Part shown: positions 1 through 13,463 of the stretch, in pieces
How positions within the stretch are numbered: position 1 is the stretch's first letter
Layout: every line of letters starts with the position of its first letter
NCBI GenBank assembly: GCA_043228905.1
Contig: JBHGNT010000016.1
Location: forward strand, 4,402,001 to 4,466,000
Reading direction: 5' to 3'
Length of the DNA stretch: 64,000 nt
From: Azolla caroliniana
Lineage: Eukaryota; Plantae; Polypodiophyta
Translations under genes and position numbers: made by a program
The notes under the pieces: generated by a model
What the model saw: the letters and a program-made list of their open reading frames with translations, nothing else
Databases searched by the model: none
Told to the model about the DNA's origin: nothing

Positions 1-440
1 CGGGAAAGACCCCACAGTTGTACGATAGAACCGAAACCGAAGAAACCTTGTACAATAGGTAGAAAAGTTTGCTTCTCCAACAACGGAGGGTGTATGATAG
101 TTGGCATCGTTGGCCAAGAAAAGGCAAGGGCGGAGGAGCGACTTCGAGCGTGCGGAGTCCTCGGCCCGGACGAGGAAATCAGCGGAGCCGTGGAGGCGGT
201 CTCCTTCGACGACACCTTGGGGATGCTGAGGAAGGTAGCCAAAGAAGACCTTAACGAAGACCGGACGATACAGGTATGTTCCGAAGAGATGTACGAAGTC
301 ATCGCGAACTTCAGTCAGGGGCTCGGACGGCCCGGGTTAGCACAAAGTACAAGACTGTGGACCGGAAGGTAAGGCCAGTCGCGGCACCCTTACCGGAGGG
401 CAGCGAGTCCCGGATCAGAGGGGTTGCGTAGGACCCCAAT

Positions 441-3400
441 TTGCGAGATCCGGTCCGCATAGGGCACACCTTCACCGATGGGACGCTCCGGGAGCTCAAG
501 ATGGGTGGGGACGGGTTCCTATTGCCGGCGGAGGAAGACCGGTTTCGGAGAATGCTCGGAAGGCACGGAAAAGCCTTCGCATTCTCACCGGAAGAGATCG
601 GGTGCGTAGACCCGACAATCGTGGAGCCGATGGTGATATTCACGGTACCGCATGTGCCGTGGAATCTCAAGCCGATTCCAGTACCGAGAGCTCACATCCC
701 GAAGTTGATGGAGCTATTGAGGCAAAAAGTCGATATGGGCATTCTCGAACCGTCGAGTGCCCCATACTCGAACCGATGGTTTACAGTACCAAAGAAAAAC
801 GGAACGATGCGGTTCATTCAAGACCTGCAGCCGGTCAACAAAGTGACCATTCGGAACGCAGGAATCGGACCGACCATAGACGAGTTCGCGGAGGCCTTCG
901 CCGGAAGGTCGATTTACTCGGTCGGGGATCTATACTCGGGGTACGACCAGTTCCAGCTAGCCGTGGAGAGCAGAGACATTACGACGATGCGATCTCCCCT
1001 CGGCCTAGTGCGAATGTGTACCTTGCCACAAGGAGGGACTAACTCGGTGGCCCACATGGTGAATGCAATGAACAAGGTACTGAGGGATTGTATCCCAGAC
1101 ATCACCATGCCGTTTCTAGACGACATCCCGATCAAGGGGTGCCCGGTGGAAGAGAAGGACGAGACACTCGGGCCGGACGGATGCCGGCGATTCGTGGCAG
1201 CACACATCGACGACTACGAGAAGGTGCTACAAAGGCTAGAGGATGCGAGGCTCACCTTCTCCGGGCAGAAATCGGCCTTCGGGCAATCACAAATCCTGGT
1301 GGTCGGACACCTATGTGGACCATATGGCCGGAAGCCGTCTCTGGCAAAGGTAGAAGCCATCTCCGCGATGAAGACCGACTGTAGCTCGGTTATGGAAGTT
1401 CGGAGGTTCCTGGGGGCATGCGCGTTCTACCACATATGGATCCCGCATTACGCCCACGTTGCGGAGCCGCTATATGGGTTGCTGAAGAAAGGGCGAAAGT
1501 TCGAATGGCGAGACGAGCACACGGAGTCGGTCCGGAAGCTGAAGGAAGCTCTTGCGGCAGCACCGGCGCTCCGGAAGGCTATCTACGAGAAGGGTACCCC
1601 GGTATACATAACGGTGGATACGAGTCCGACCGGGATCGGATGGGTCGTCAACCAAGAAGACGAGGACGGCATTCGGTTCCCGATCCGATTCGGCGCGAAG
1701 GTCCTCAGTGAGCGACAACGAGGGTACGCCCAGGTTAAACGCGAACTCTGGGGTATCGTTTCGGCGGTAAAGGCCGACAAAGACTACCTGATCGGGGCAG
1801 AAGTGATTATCAAGACGGATTGCCTGCCAATTCTCGGCATGGTTTCCGGATGCGCGACACCGGACCTGGTGATGCTCAGGTGGATAGCGTACATCAAGTC
1901 CCTGGACCTGGAAATACGACACATTTCCGGAAAGGACAACGCCATGGCCAACATGCTTTCGAGGGCGAGGTTTGATGACGAGGGCGGCATGGTTTCGGAG
2001 GACGAAGAAGTCGACGTGGACTTCTTCGAGGCAGCGTACGTGACGACCGATGGGACGAGCACTCCGGCGCTTAACGGCTTCGACAAGAGCAAGTACGACG
2101 GCGAGTGGCTACAGAGCGGTGGGTTTTTGAGGACAATGACGCCGGATGCGTCATGGACGAGGGACGAGGCCAACCGGATCCGGAAGAAAGCATACTGATT
2201 CTTTCTCCGGGACGGATACTTATGGAAGCACCTGAAGAAGAGGAACGGCGTCCTACTCCGGGTGGTGGCGATGAAGGAAGAATAGGAGGAGCTATTGACG
2301 GCCTACCACGATAGCCCTTGGGCTGGACACCGTGGAACGTGGGCCACGTTCGAGAAGATAAAGGGGAAGTACTGGTGGCCGGGACTGTACCGGGACGTGC
2401 ATCGGTTCGTGACAACTTGCGAGAGCTGTCAGATGCACTCCGTAGTCCGACATCGGGACGAGCTTCACCCTACGTACCCTCCGACCATCCACTTCAAATG
2501 GATGGTAGACCTGGTGACGATGCCGATGGGAGTAGGATAGATGCGGTATCTAGTCCTGGCTCGGGAAGATCTGACGAACCAGGTAGAAGGCCGAGCCCTT
2601 CAGAACAAAACGACCGCGGCCGTATGTCGGTTCCTGATCGAGGACGTGATATGCCGGTATGGGTGCGTCGGGAAGATCGTGGCTGATCGTGGGGAGTTGG
2701 ACGTCGAAGAGGCCGAGGAGCTGTTCGACCGGCTAGGAGTCAAGCTCTCGCTTACCACTGCATACAATCCGGAGGTGAATGGGAAGGTGGAGCGCGGACA
2801 CGGACCGATCGTCAAGGCGTTAGTTCGGGCATGCGGAGGGCAAGTCGGGAACTGGCCACGGCTACTGCCTTACGCGTTGTGGGCTGACCGAACTACGCAC
2901 AGTTCGGTAACCGGATTCATGCCGGCAGAGCTCATGTTTGGGCAGAAGCCGATCATGCCGATGGAACGTACGATCTCCTCATGGGCAACCGTGGACTGGA
3001 AAGACGAGATGAGCCGGGATGAACTGTTGGCGGCGCGCATGCGACAGCTCGAGCGAAGACCGAAGGACGTGGAGCTGGCTGCGGAAAAGCTTCGGGATGC
3101 AAGGATGAGGAACAAAACCCGGTTCGACCGAACGCACCGGCTCCGACCGAAGAAGATCGAGGAAGGCGACTGGGTGCTAGTCTACGACAGCAGCATCGAC
3201 AACCAGCACCGAGCGACACGGAAGTTCGCAAGAAGGTGGTTCGGGCCTTACGTGGTCCAAAGTGCCAACGACAACGGGACGTACCATCTGGCGGAACTCG
3301 ACGGCACGAGAGTGGCGATACCGGTAGCTGGGAAGCGGATCAAAGCGTTCAAGAAGCGTCACGACGACGAGCCGGATCCGGTTGACCTAGACCGCGACGA

Positions 3401-3443
3401 CGAACGATCCGAAACCGAGGAAGAACCGACGGGCGGGGAATGA
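441..3443 (+). pseudogene. Gypsy pol (RT, RNase H, integrase) interrupted by C>T nonsense codons
   Basis: ORFs 441-2198, 2295-2540 and 2541-3443 share one frame and are separated by TGA/TAG stops where CGA/CAG fits the protein context. Confidence 0.93.
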
Positions 3444-3516
3444 AGGTTGGACCGGTTTTCTCCGTCCCAACTCAATTTGGCGCATGCCGGTGGATGCGCG
3501 GTTAGGTGGGGGCGGA

Positions 3517-3765
3517 TGTCGTGAGGAAAACCGTCCACAAGCGGAATCGGTGCACCGGAGCGTAGGAACCGGCTCTTCATGCACGTGCGCCTAATGTTGT
3601 ACATAGGAGATCCTAGGCAGGTAGATTTGGTAGGTAGGAAGTAAAGGGGAAACGGCTCCTTCCTTGCCTATAAAAGGAGAGAGACGAGGGGGGGGCGAGG
3701 GGATCGCAGAGAGTCGAGGACGAAGTGCTATCGGTCTGTGGGCGGAAGGCTTCCCCCCCCCCCCC

Positions 3766-3829
<64 letters not shown>

Positions 3830-4236
3830 CGCTCGCAAACTCCGTAGCTTCTTACTGTGCAGGTTTCGAGAGGCTCGCGCTGCTTTGAGGAATGCCCGAG
3901 TGCTTCCGGCAGCACCTCCAACCTACTCTTTCCTTTCTGTGCGTTTACGAACAGGCATCGGCATCTGTTCGCCGGCCTGTTCGGTTGTAACCGACTTCGT
4001 GCTTCTTGTTGTTTATCTTGTTGATATATATATTTACATACATTCGTGTCTCTCTGTGTTGCTGTCGCACTCGCGTCTTTGTGTCGAAGGGCCGTGTCCC
4101 TGTGAATCTACGCTCGCACCTAGTGGGTCTCTTCCCTTCTCCTTTTCTCTCTTGCTCTTCGGTACAAGACCCCCGAGGTCCCGCCTCGTTCCACGCATCC
4201 ACGAGGAATACCTCGACAACGGTTTTCTTCACGACA
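3517..4236 (+). repeat. 3' LTR (720 bp) of the Gypsy element
   Basis: Terminal inverted repeat TGTCGTGAGGAAAACCG...CGGTTTTCTTCACGACA. TATAAAA at about 3669. Internal poly-C followed by (CT)n at about 3753-3826. Confidence 0.9.
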
Positions 4237-4569
4237 ATGCGGGAGAGTCAGAGAGAGTAGAACACAGAAAACTCTATTGCAAAAAATAACACTTTGTAAA
4301 CTCTGTACATCGAATGTACTCAGAGAGCACTTTTATACAAGTCCTTAAAAGGACTGATAGAAGTATTGACACGTATTTCAATGCTCATAACTCAGTGGCG
4401 AATGCTAAGTCCTAAAAATATGCCTACCTATTAGGCTAGGATCGTAGGCCTGTAATGGCCTACTGGTTACACACAGATCCAGACACCGATCTGGCTCTTG
4501 GTTCCGGATTACGATCCGGCTCTAGCTTATTTAGCCGATCTGGATCATGTTGAGCTTGTCCATTCAACA
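4237..4569 (-). mobile_element. Fragment of a Copia-like LTR, probably the insertion target of the Gypsy element
   Basis: On the minus strand it starts TGTTGAATGGACAAGCTCAACAT, resembling the Copia-1 LTR start TGTTGAGAATCAAGCTCAACAT. Contains a minus-strand TATAAAA. Confidence 0.5.
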
Positions 4570-6185
4570 CAAGTGAATTAGTTTATGTAAGGATCACAAA
4601 TAAAAATTTCAAAACATAAATTGTGCCACCAATAACATTATTTTGAGATGATAGTGGTTGAGAATTGTAATTTGATCGATGAATATTGGTTTTAAGTCAA
4701 ATTATTTGGTTGAAGTGACTACAAAAGACATTTAATGGTTGACCATGATGTGAGCTTAATAAGGCAACAAACATGAAAGAAACCTTATAACAAAAATTAT
4801 ATTGTGTATTATAATCATTGAATGAAGTTGTATGCTTAATGGTTTGTTTATGTGCATGTGACCAATTGGTGAGGTGCTTCTTCCTAAGTTGTATTGCCAA
4901 TGGCACGCGATGGGAAACCACCTACAAAGCAAGTATTTTATCTATTTAAAAATAAACACAAATAGTGAGTTTTGAACTCAACATCCTTATTCCTTGAACG
5001 AATGTAACTATTAAATAAGTATATTCTTCAAAATGTAGCGAAGATAATTATTATATGTCAACTAAAGCATGGTTGCTAAGTGGAGACATGCTCTTAGCCC
5101 TTAATGCATGTGAGACCCTATATAAAGGTGTTCTTATCTTATGTGAAAGGGGGAGAAGAGGAGGATAACAATTGTCAATATCTATTTTTCAAGGAGAAAA
5201 AATAGCATCCTCAAAAACTCTCAAAAGGAGTTTTGAAATCTTAGGTAAGTTCATATAATACAATTACATTTTGTTTCCATTTCGACATGTTTTATGTATA
5301 GAGTATTGAGTCATAATTTAAAAGTTATAATATATATATATATATATAATTTTATTAAAAAATATGTATGCTTTATTGGTAGAAATGATTCAATCTATCT
5401 CAAAGTTCATAAGTTCAAGACTTAACTCGGTAAAAATAATCCTTACGAAGTATATTTTGCCTTCTCAATCACCACTTGCGAATAAAGGCCCGACGCTTGT
5501 ATGTGCATGTATGCACCGACGCTTATATGTGCATGTGTGGTGCATACGTCAAGAGATTGTGATATCAAAATGGTCCAATGAATGAAAAGCACACCAATAG
5601 GAAACATGTATTTAGTCTCGCAATAGAACAATGGCACGATTTCGATGTTCTACTAGTCCCCCTTGTTGTTGACTATACATGGAGTCACTTGGTTGCCCTA
5701 AGTCAATTCTTGAAAGAGCAATTATATGTGTTATTTGAGCAAATTATGACAATTTATAGTTCATCATGTTTTTTCTCAATACAATTCATCCTGTTTTTTT
5801 CTCACCTTTGGGTAAGAAAAGTGAAGGGCATTTGAGAAAATATTGAGAAACTCTAAGGAGGGGATATCTGGGTGTGATCAATCAACTTATAGTTCACAAC
5901 TTTATATTAGTAAATGTGTGTGAAAAGCACAACACTATAATGGTAGCACAACTTAATGGTGTCACCGCCACATGGTGAATTGCCAATAGGCACGACGAAT
6001 ACTTCACCAAGGAAAGAATTTCTACTTGCTCCAATACAAAAAAAATACCACGTTAATATTCCCTTCAACCTCTCTATCTCTTTGGGGGAGGGGTAAAAGA
6101 GAAACACAATGCTACTGGACTTGACAGCAAAGCAATATACTATTCATTATTCTACAAATTACAGTAAAAATTCCACCCTTTTTAT

Positions 6186-6231
<46 letters not shown>

Positions 6232-6628
6232 AGGCAACGAGGGCATTTGTTTTATTTGGTTTAGTTTGGGTGGGTAAAAAAGAGGAACTCACAGTGTTCT
6301 TTCCTAGGCATTAGACTAGACATAAAAACAACTAGTTTTTCTCTACAGTCCGACAAGCTATCGACAATTCATCCAGTTTTTGGGGGATTTCACTCATTCT
6401 AAGGAATGGATCGAGTGTGTTGAGGGGAAGTGGTAGGAAGTGGTGAGAGAGAGGACTATTTGGGTGTGAAGAGAGATACATACATGAGGTGAGAGAGCAG
6501 AAATAATAATAATAAAACAAAAGGTTTGTTGCCAGATCATAATATAGTGGGATAGAGCAGAAGGCTCCTGAGAGGTGATGGTTGTGGGGCTATATGTGTA
6601 ATTATATGAAAGTAGAGGGTCATGGGAA

Positions 6629-6632
<4 letters not shown>

Positions 6633-6668
<36 letters not shown>

Positions 6669-6707
6669 CCTGTTAGGAATCTGTTATACTTTTTTGTTCA
6701 TCTTTTC

Positions 6708-6761
<54 letters not shown>

Positions 6762-6792
6762 GAAGAAGAAGAAGAAGAAGAAGAAGAAGAAG
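6633..6792. repeat. (CT)n and (GAA)n microsatellites upstream of the PLC start codon
   Basis: Two CT runs and one GAA run are directly visible. Another (CT)n lies at about 6187-6228. Confidence 0.95.
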
Positions 6793-6879
6793 GAAACAGC
6801 TCCTTGCCCTGTTCTGAGAGCTGCCCACCTCCTTCCTTAACCCGATCTGCGAGAGGGAAGAGTGCCATTGAAGCTCGGA

Positions 6880-9800
6880 ATGCTTCCTTTGAAGAGCTGC
6901 TTTTCCTGCCTCTACGGCCACAAGGTCCCCCTCGACCACTCTCCTCCTACGGATGTGGAAGATCTCTTCAGGAAATACTCGGACAATGATTCCATGGAAG
7001 CTCAACACCTGCAGAGCTTCTTAGAGGAATACCAAGGTGAGACCAAAACACTGCAAGAGGTTGAGACCCTCATGAATCTCTATGTGAAAGATAAAGGAAA
7101 CCCCCCCAAGTTTAGCTGTAAACATTTCTTCCAATATCTCTTCGACGAGGGTTCTAATACACCCATGGATTCTAAGGTGAGATTTTCTTCTTCCTCCCTC
7201 CCTCCCTCTCCCCCGTTTGGGCCTTTACTTTTCGATTTTTGCCTCATCGCCTTTGCTTACCTTTTGCAAATAGCTTGCTTTTTTCTGCTAGATAGAATTC
7301 AATCGATTTGCATTTTACCATTTTCTTTTACATTCAATACTAAATCATACAGGTGCATCATAACATGGACCTACCATTGTCACGCTACTACATCTTCACA
7401 GGGCACAATTCTTACCTCACCGGGAATCAGCTTAGTAGTGACTGTAGTCAAGAGCCCATCATCAAGGCATTAGAGAGGGGAGTTCGTGTCATTGAATTGG
7501 ACTTATGGCCAAATCCATCCAAAGATCACATTCATGTTAAACATGGAGGGTAACAGGATGCCATAGGTTTTTTTAACAGTGTTCTGTTTTTCCCAATAAT
7601 GTTTTGCCATGTTCTCATCCTCATCGCATGTCTTCGTTTCCATTCAGAACTTTAACTGCACCTGTTGACTTTGAGAAATGCATCAAGGCCATAAAGGAAC
7701 ATGCGTTTGATAACAGCGATTTTCCAGTAATTATAACTTTTGAGGACCATTTAACCGCGCCCCTGCAAGCGAAAGCAGCAGAGGTAAGCTGATCCGGAAT
7801 TTCCATAGGTGACACTGATTGGTTATAATCTCTTATCTCGAAGCACGGCCCGGGTCTCTCTTATCTTGTAGCAGCCTCAAGTTCATCCACAGTGTGTCTG
7901 CTCCTGCTACTTTGTATCAATCCTATAAGCCTCTTCAAGACCTTATGTATTGTTCATTTCATTATATTGTGTATGTAATCCATGTTAGTGTAAATATATA
8001 TATTATGTTTGCATACACACATCCCTGTAAATTGACACTCCAAACCCTAATGACATACATTGGCAAAGAAAGCACGCCAATTCTACAGCACTTAAATCAG
8101 TTTCAAAGCTGCACTGGAAGACAAACTAAGGTAATGTTTCTCTGCCTCGCAGATAGTTCATCGTATCTTTGGGAAAACTCTATACTGTCCTGACCCACAA
8201 CAAGAGGGTTTCACGGACTTCCCTTCACCAGCGTCACTGAAGAACAAGATAATAATTTCGACAAAACCACCGAAGGAGTATATCGTGACTACACAGGATG
8301 CTAACTTGGTTGCACCTTCCACCACAGAAGTAAAATCAAAACAGTCTCCAGCTGTCAACCAAGAGGAAGCTTGGGGTGCTGAGTTGCCAGACAGCTTCGA
8401 GGATGATGCCAGTGCTGATAAGGTGAAATTTTCCTGACAAAAGAAAGAAGAAAGAACTGAAAATATGTTCTATGATATACTTGTTCATCTTGTGCTGAAT
8501 GTTTGTATTCATATATGTACAAATGTATGTATATCCAGACTACCGAATCCCTTGATGTATACGACAACGACGATGAGGATATAAATGCTCCTGAACTGGC
8601 ACCTGAATACAAAAGGATCATTAGTATTAGAGCAGGAAAACCCCGTGGCAAATCTTTGAGTGATGCCCTTGCTTTAGAACCCTATGTTAAACGAGTGAGC
8701 CTGAGTGAACCCGAGCTTTCGAAAGTTGCCCGTGCACATCCAGATGTAGTTGTGAAGTATGTCATGGATATAACAGTGATGATGAACACCATACGTAATG
8801 CTCTTAATATGAAATGTAATTTTTGTTTTTCTTCCTTTTCAGTTTTACCAAGAGAAATCTACTTCGAGTATACCCAAAAGGCATCCGTGTCGACTCATCA
8901 AATTACAGCCCCTTAGAAGCATGGTTGCATGGAGCACAAATGGTGGCTTTCAATATGCAGGTCTGCAAAATAATATTGATTTGGATATGATGATCATGAC
9001 AAACTTTGAAGTCCAAACAATCAGGGTTTGTTTCTTCTTTATGTGCTCCTGTTATTTCAGGGATATGGAAGGCCACTTTGGTTAGTGCATGGGTTCTTTA
9101 AAGCCAATGGAGGAATCGGATATGTCAAAAAACCAGATTTTCTGATTGATCAAGACTTTAGGCCAATGGATCCCAGACCGGTGAAGCAAACGCTGAAGGT
9201 AAAATCATTTTCACATCGGGCAACAATCACCTTATGAAATATTGTATACGCGGGGACAGAGGAGGGGAGAGGAGAGACTCCTCTTAAAATGAAAAATGAT
9301 TTTTGTTTAGCACATGGTTAACATTGCATAGTGAAATCATCAATTGGCAGGTGAAAATCTATCAGGGAGCAGGATGGAAGGAAAAGTTCAAGAAGGGCCA
9401 CTTTGATGCATTTTCACCTCCTGACTTCTACGCGAGGGTATGTAATATATGTGCATCATCATCATCTATATCTATATCTATATCTACATATGTATGCCTG
9501 TGGGTATGTGTATATACACATGTGTTTTTTATGTTGGCATAGTTATTATCATTGTCATGTCATCAATGCTTCAACAATCACTAATGGAGGGGGAAATGTA
9601 TATACACATATGTGATTTTATGTTGGCATAGTCATTATCATTGTCATGTCATCAATGCTTCAACAATCACTAATGGAGGGGGAAATGTATTACAGGTTGG
9701 CATTGCTGGTGGGAATCAAGATAGCATCATGAAGAAAACTGAGACAATAATAGACAACTGGACCCCTCATTGGAACGAGGAATTTGAGTTTCCACTTCGA

Positions 9801-9995
9801 GTTCCAGAATTAGCACTACTGCGGATAGAAGTGCACGAGTATGATGCCACAGATAAGGATGATTTTGGGGGTCAAACATGTCTTCCTGTCTCTGAATTGA
9901 AGCGAGGAATTCGAACAATCCCATTGTATGATAAGAAAGGAAGGGAGCTTTCCCCTGTGAAGTTGCTGGTGCAGTTTAGTTTTATAGACTCATGA
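6880..9995 (+). CDS. PLC: Phosphoinositide-specific phospholipase C (EF-hand, X, Y, C2), 9 exons
   Basis: Exons 6880-7176, 7353-7549, 7648-7783, 8153-8422, 8539-8756, 8843-8960, 9061-9198, 9351-9437, 9696-9995, all GT-AG and in phase. X box [21 protein letters not shown] and HGGTLT (both catalytic His present). Y box [16 protein letters not shown]...[14 protein letters not shown]2 [36 protein letters not shown]. Confidence 0.96.
9509..9690. repeat. ~89-bp tandem duplication in PLC intron 8
   Basis: ATGTTGGCATAGT...CAATCACTAATGGAGGGGGAAATGTAT occurs twice, ending just before the last acceptor. Confidence 0.9.
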
Positions 9996-10589
9996 ACAGA
10001 GGGTTCTTAATGATAGCATTAATGGCATCCATAAGATTTGATTAGATTAGATATTTTTTAGTGTCCATTGATTTGTCAGAGGGAGGGAGGGATATCTAAT
10101 AATAGCTTTGAGTTGATTGTATATTAGTCGATCGATCTATTGATTTTGTATTTGAGAATTTTCTTGATGCCAAAAATGAGAACCACCATTTCTCCAGTTA
10201 TCTTATATAGGTAGAGTTCAGATTTTCCATTTCATTGGCTCACACATCCCATAAAATTCATATAGATGTCACTTTGGCATTATATGAACTTGTTAAATAG
10301 ATGTTCCAGGTCCTAGATCGTATTGGCACATATTATTATCACTGATGAAAAGGTGGAATGACAGGACTCTCAGCCTTCGTTGAGTTAGTCCTCCACTTCT
10401 TTCCACATTAATCTTACCTTTGGATCCAATGCTGGGTACTAAAAAAAGTTTGCATTCAACTCCAATTGTTAGACAGAAATATAATAATAATAACATTTGT
10501 TAGTACCATTATAAGAACCAGATACATGATGACGATGATTGTATCAGCTATTAGTTGTAAAAGTAGCAGAGATTCTGCATCATCATACA

Positions 10590-10822
10590 GTACCATCATA
10601 GCAAATAGTTTGTGATATGCATATCATAATTTGACAATTCACTATTTATCAAAATTCTAATTGCAGTACCATCATATCAAATAATAGTTTTGTGGTATGC
10701 ATATCATGATTCAACAATTCACTATTTATCAAAAATCTAATTGCAATACCACCATATCAAATAGTATTGTGATATGCATATCATAATTCAACAATTGGCT
10801 ATTTATCAAAATTCTAATTGCA
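10590..10822. repeat. ~75-bp degenerate tandem repeat x3
   Basis: Unit GTACCATCATA..AAATAG..TGTGATATGCATATCAT...ACTATTTATCAAAATTCTAATTGCA. Confidence 0.85.
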
Positions 10823-11029
10823 TCTTATAACCAAAGAAATTCCTGGCTTTTGAAGCTGATTGAAAGCCCCATTTGTATCGTCTAATATCCAACATTGTCA
10901 ATGAAATAGGAACTTCTCCAAGATTTGACTTATCATTGTGGTACACATACATTGAAATAGATATTGTGGAACAACTCCTTTTTACATACATACTTAAAGC
11001 TCTTCTTGAAGTTTTGCTAGAAGTGTACA

Positions 11030-11190
11030 TGTATCTGGGTGTACACAAAAGAGAAGTTTGGGTAGAAGTATGTATATATAGGTTTATATATGGGTGGACA
11101 CAAAAGAGAAGTTTGGTTAGAAGTATACATAAGTTTATTTATGGGTGAGGCCATAAGAGAAGTTTGGCTAGAATATATATCAATTTATAT
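11030..11190. repeat. ~50-bp degenerate tandem repeat x3
   Basis: TGGGT...AAGAGAAGTTTGG.TAGAA.TAT recurs three times. Confidence 0.75.
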
Positions 11191-12208
11191 CACAAAGGAT
11201 TCTAGAATTTTGGCGTCAAGCATACGCTCTAGTAGAGGCTAATAGTGGCCCATTGACAAGGATGTCTAATGGCAGCCTCCTTGTTTGCTATAGAGAATGG
11301 TAGGATATTGTCTAATAGTTAGCCATTCCTCGAAGTTTCCTTCCAAGTGTCATGCAAACACTTTGCTTGATGGTTTAGCCACCATGAAGGAACTACGTGA
11401 GTTCCTTCGTGCAAAGGTCATTGCATGATGCCTCTCATCCTTAAACCAAACAACCTTGACAATGAGCTATCTTCCACATTTTATAGATTTAGAAGAAAAT
11501 TTAATCCCTTGGTCTTTAGGATGCATTGGCACCTAGCCACAACATCGCTTGTAGCTCCAATTTCCCCACCCAAACAATTAATGATTTTCGAACCCTTCAG
11601 ACCTCCATTAACAATGACTTTAGATAACCATGTCTTACATGTTTTCTTTTTCATTTTTCATCGATTGACCACTTGAACCAAATTGTCAAGCCTTTGTATA
11701 ACTTTCCGTTTTCCACATTTTCTCCATTTGCACATGCCACATCACAACACCATCCAAGTTTCTGTATAACGTTTTGGTTAGCCTTGTGAGGCTGAATTCT
11801 TGACATTGACATGGTTTTTTTCTATTAGCAACACAAATTGGAGGTCAAGTAATGAATTTTTATGGTAGTCAAACATGTACTCAGTATTGCCTTCAACATT
11901 GTATCCCCACTTTCCTTGTTTGATAAGGTATTGATGCATCTTGTATCTCCATGATGAGCAATTTGTGGTCAAACATATTCTCGTTAAGGAGCGAGCAACC
12001 CATTTGTTGATTTATCTTGCTAACAATGATATTTTTTTCTCTTCCTCTCTACTTCTCTCGTTTCTTCAAAAGTTGTATATCCACACTACAATAGTGATAG
12101 TTGAGCACGCCGATATAAATGAGCTTGTTCTTCTTGATCAATAGTGTTTATTCTTCAATGACCTATGCACTAGAAAGAGTTTTCGGCATGGTTCACAATA
12201 TACCCCTC

Positions 12209-12243
<35 letters not shown>

Positions 12244-13463
12244 CTACTACCCTCTTCCCTAGTGTTGGGCTTGGCAGGATTTTGTCAATGGAAGCGGATG
12301 TTAGCTATGCATTACTCTTCAATTAGCTCACTTTTCCCCACTCTCGCCATAATAAGCCAATAGTAGGTAATGTGCCCAAGATCATGGGCAAGTGTGTATT
12401 TCAACATAGTGGACTTCATGGCTCCTCAATGAGGGATAAGTAGTTCCCAAAAATAAGATTCAACATAGTGTTTTCTTTTCAACCTAGGGTGAACATGAAT
12501 TTAAATACCTCAATTAGATTCTAGCTTAAATAATTGGTTAGAAGAAATAATGAAGGTAGTCATTTTTTATTTGAATACTAATGGGGTCCCTTATGAGCAT
12601 GGGATTGAAAGGTGGGTAAGAAATGATAATAAGCAGGCTAATTTCTACCCTATATAAATGTAATGTGTAACACTTAGAAAGTTGATGGTGGTACCAAACC
12701 TTAAGTGGCTATATTATCTCTTTAATAGAGAGAAATGTAATATATACCTATTTATCCTTTTTTACTCTCCTCCGTTGTAATGGTTAGCTTATCATTGTTA
12801 ATAAATCAATACTGAGAGTCTCTTATTGTTATATCCATTAGTGATCGGTGAATCCTTAGCCATTAGTAACCTAGGAAACACTAAGCTGAGTAAGCAAAGA
12901 CTACCACCCACTATCAACACATGGCAACTTTAATGTACCAATCATGGAGTTTTGGACGAATGGTCTAATATGATTATCAAAGATGAAGAGTCAGAGTACT
13001 ACAAGACATGGTGACTTGTCCCTTATGACAAAGGAGAACCATTTTTATTGGGAGATGTATCGTGAGAACTACTAAGATGATTGATCACCATTGTGAGGAT
13101 TACTACCATAACAATTAGCAACCAAATCTTATAGCAATTAGAGTTATGCATGAGAAGAATGGTAACATATTTATAGCTTTACGGAAAGGCAATTTGGGTT
13201 ACAACTACAAGGCAATGCATAATTGGCTTGGTTATTACTATGAGGGAAGGTGGCATGTCAAGTAGGTTAGGTTTAGGTTCAAGAATTTGTAAGCATTTCC
13301 CTTTGTGTTTGGGGTTCAAGAGTTGGTTTTGATTCGGTTTGAGCCTTAATTGGCTTAACAATTTAACTATCTAATCATTCGAGGGACATGTTTTAAATAT
13401 TTATTAAATGCATTAATTAACTTTATAAATCATGTACTAGATCATATCAATTCATATGTAATA

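Larger units (their letters stand above)
1..4236 (+). mobile_element. Ty3/Gypsy LTR retrotransposon, 3' part (RT-RNaseH-integrase plus 3' LTR), non-chromovirus, decayed
   Basis: RT (DLYSGYDQ...LPQG...FLDD), RNase H (DTS...KRELWG...TDC) and integrase (H..GH...C..C, D..D..E, GPY) lie in one frame from about 345 to 3443. In-frame stops at 429, 2196, 2283 and 2538. No chromodomain. PPT AGGTGGGGGCGGA directly precedes the LTR. The 5' part is outside the window. Confidence 0.95.

Noticed and set aside
320-372. Programmed frameshift between ORF 94-372 and pol
   Set aside because: No clear slippery heptamer or stimulatory stem. A mutational indel in a decayed copy is simpler.
311-3604. Many overlapping and antisense ORFs in the Gypsy element (similarly across 17-32 kb)
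   Set aside because: Expected shadow ORFs of GC-rich pol sequence, with no recognisable domains.
3613-7008. ORFs with RERERE / LSLSLS / poly-E / poly-K (also at 20472-20812 and 31094-31542)
   Set aside because: They are translations of (GA)n, (CT)n and (GAA)n microsatellites.
11200-13200. Probable old retroelement remnants (also 48100-49120 and 40750-41300)
   Set aside because: Too decayed to assign family, boundaries or motifs reliably by eye.
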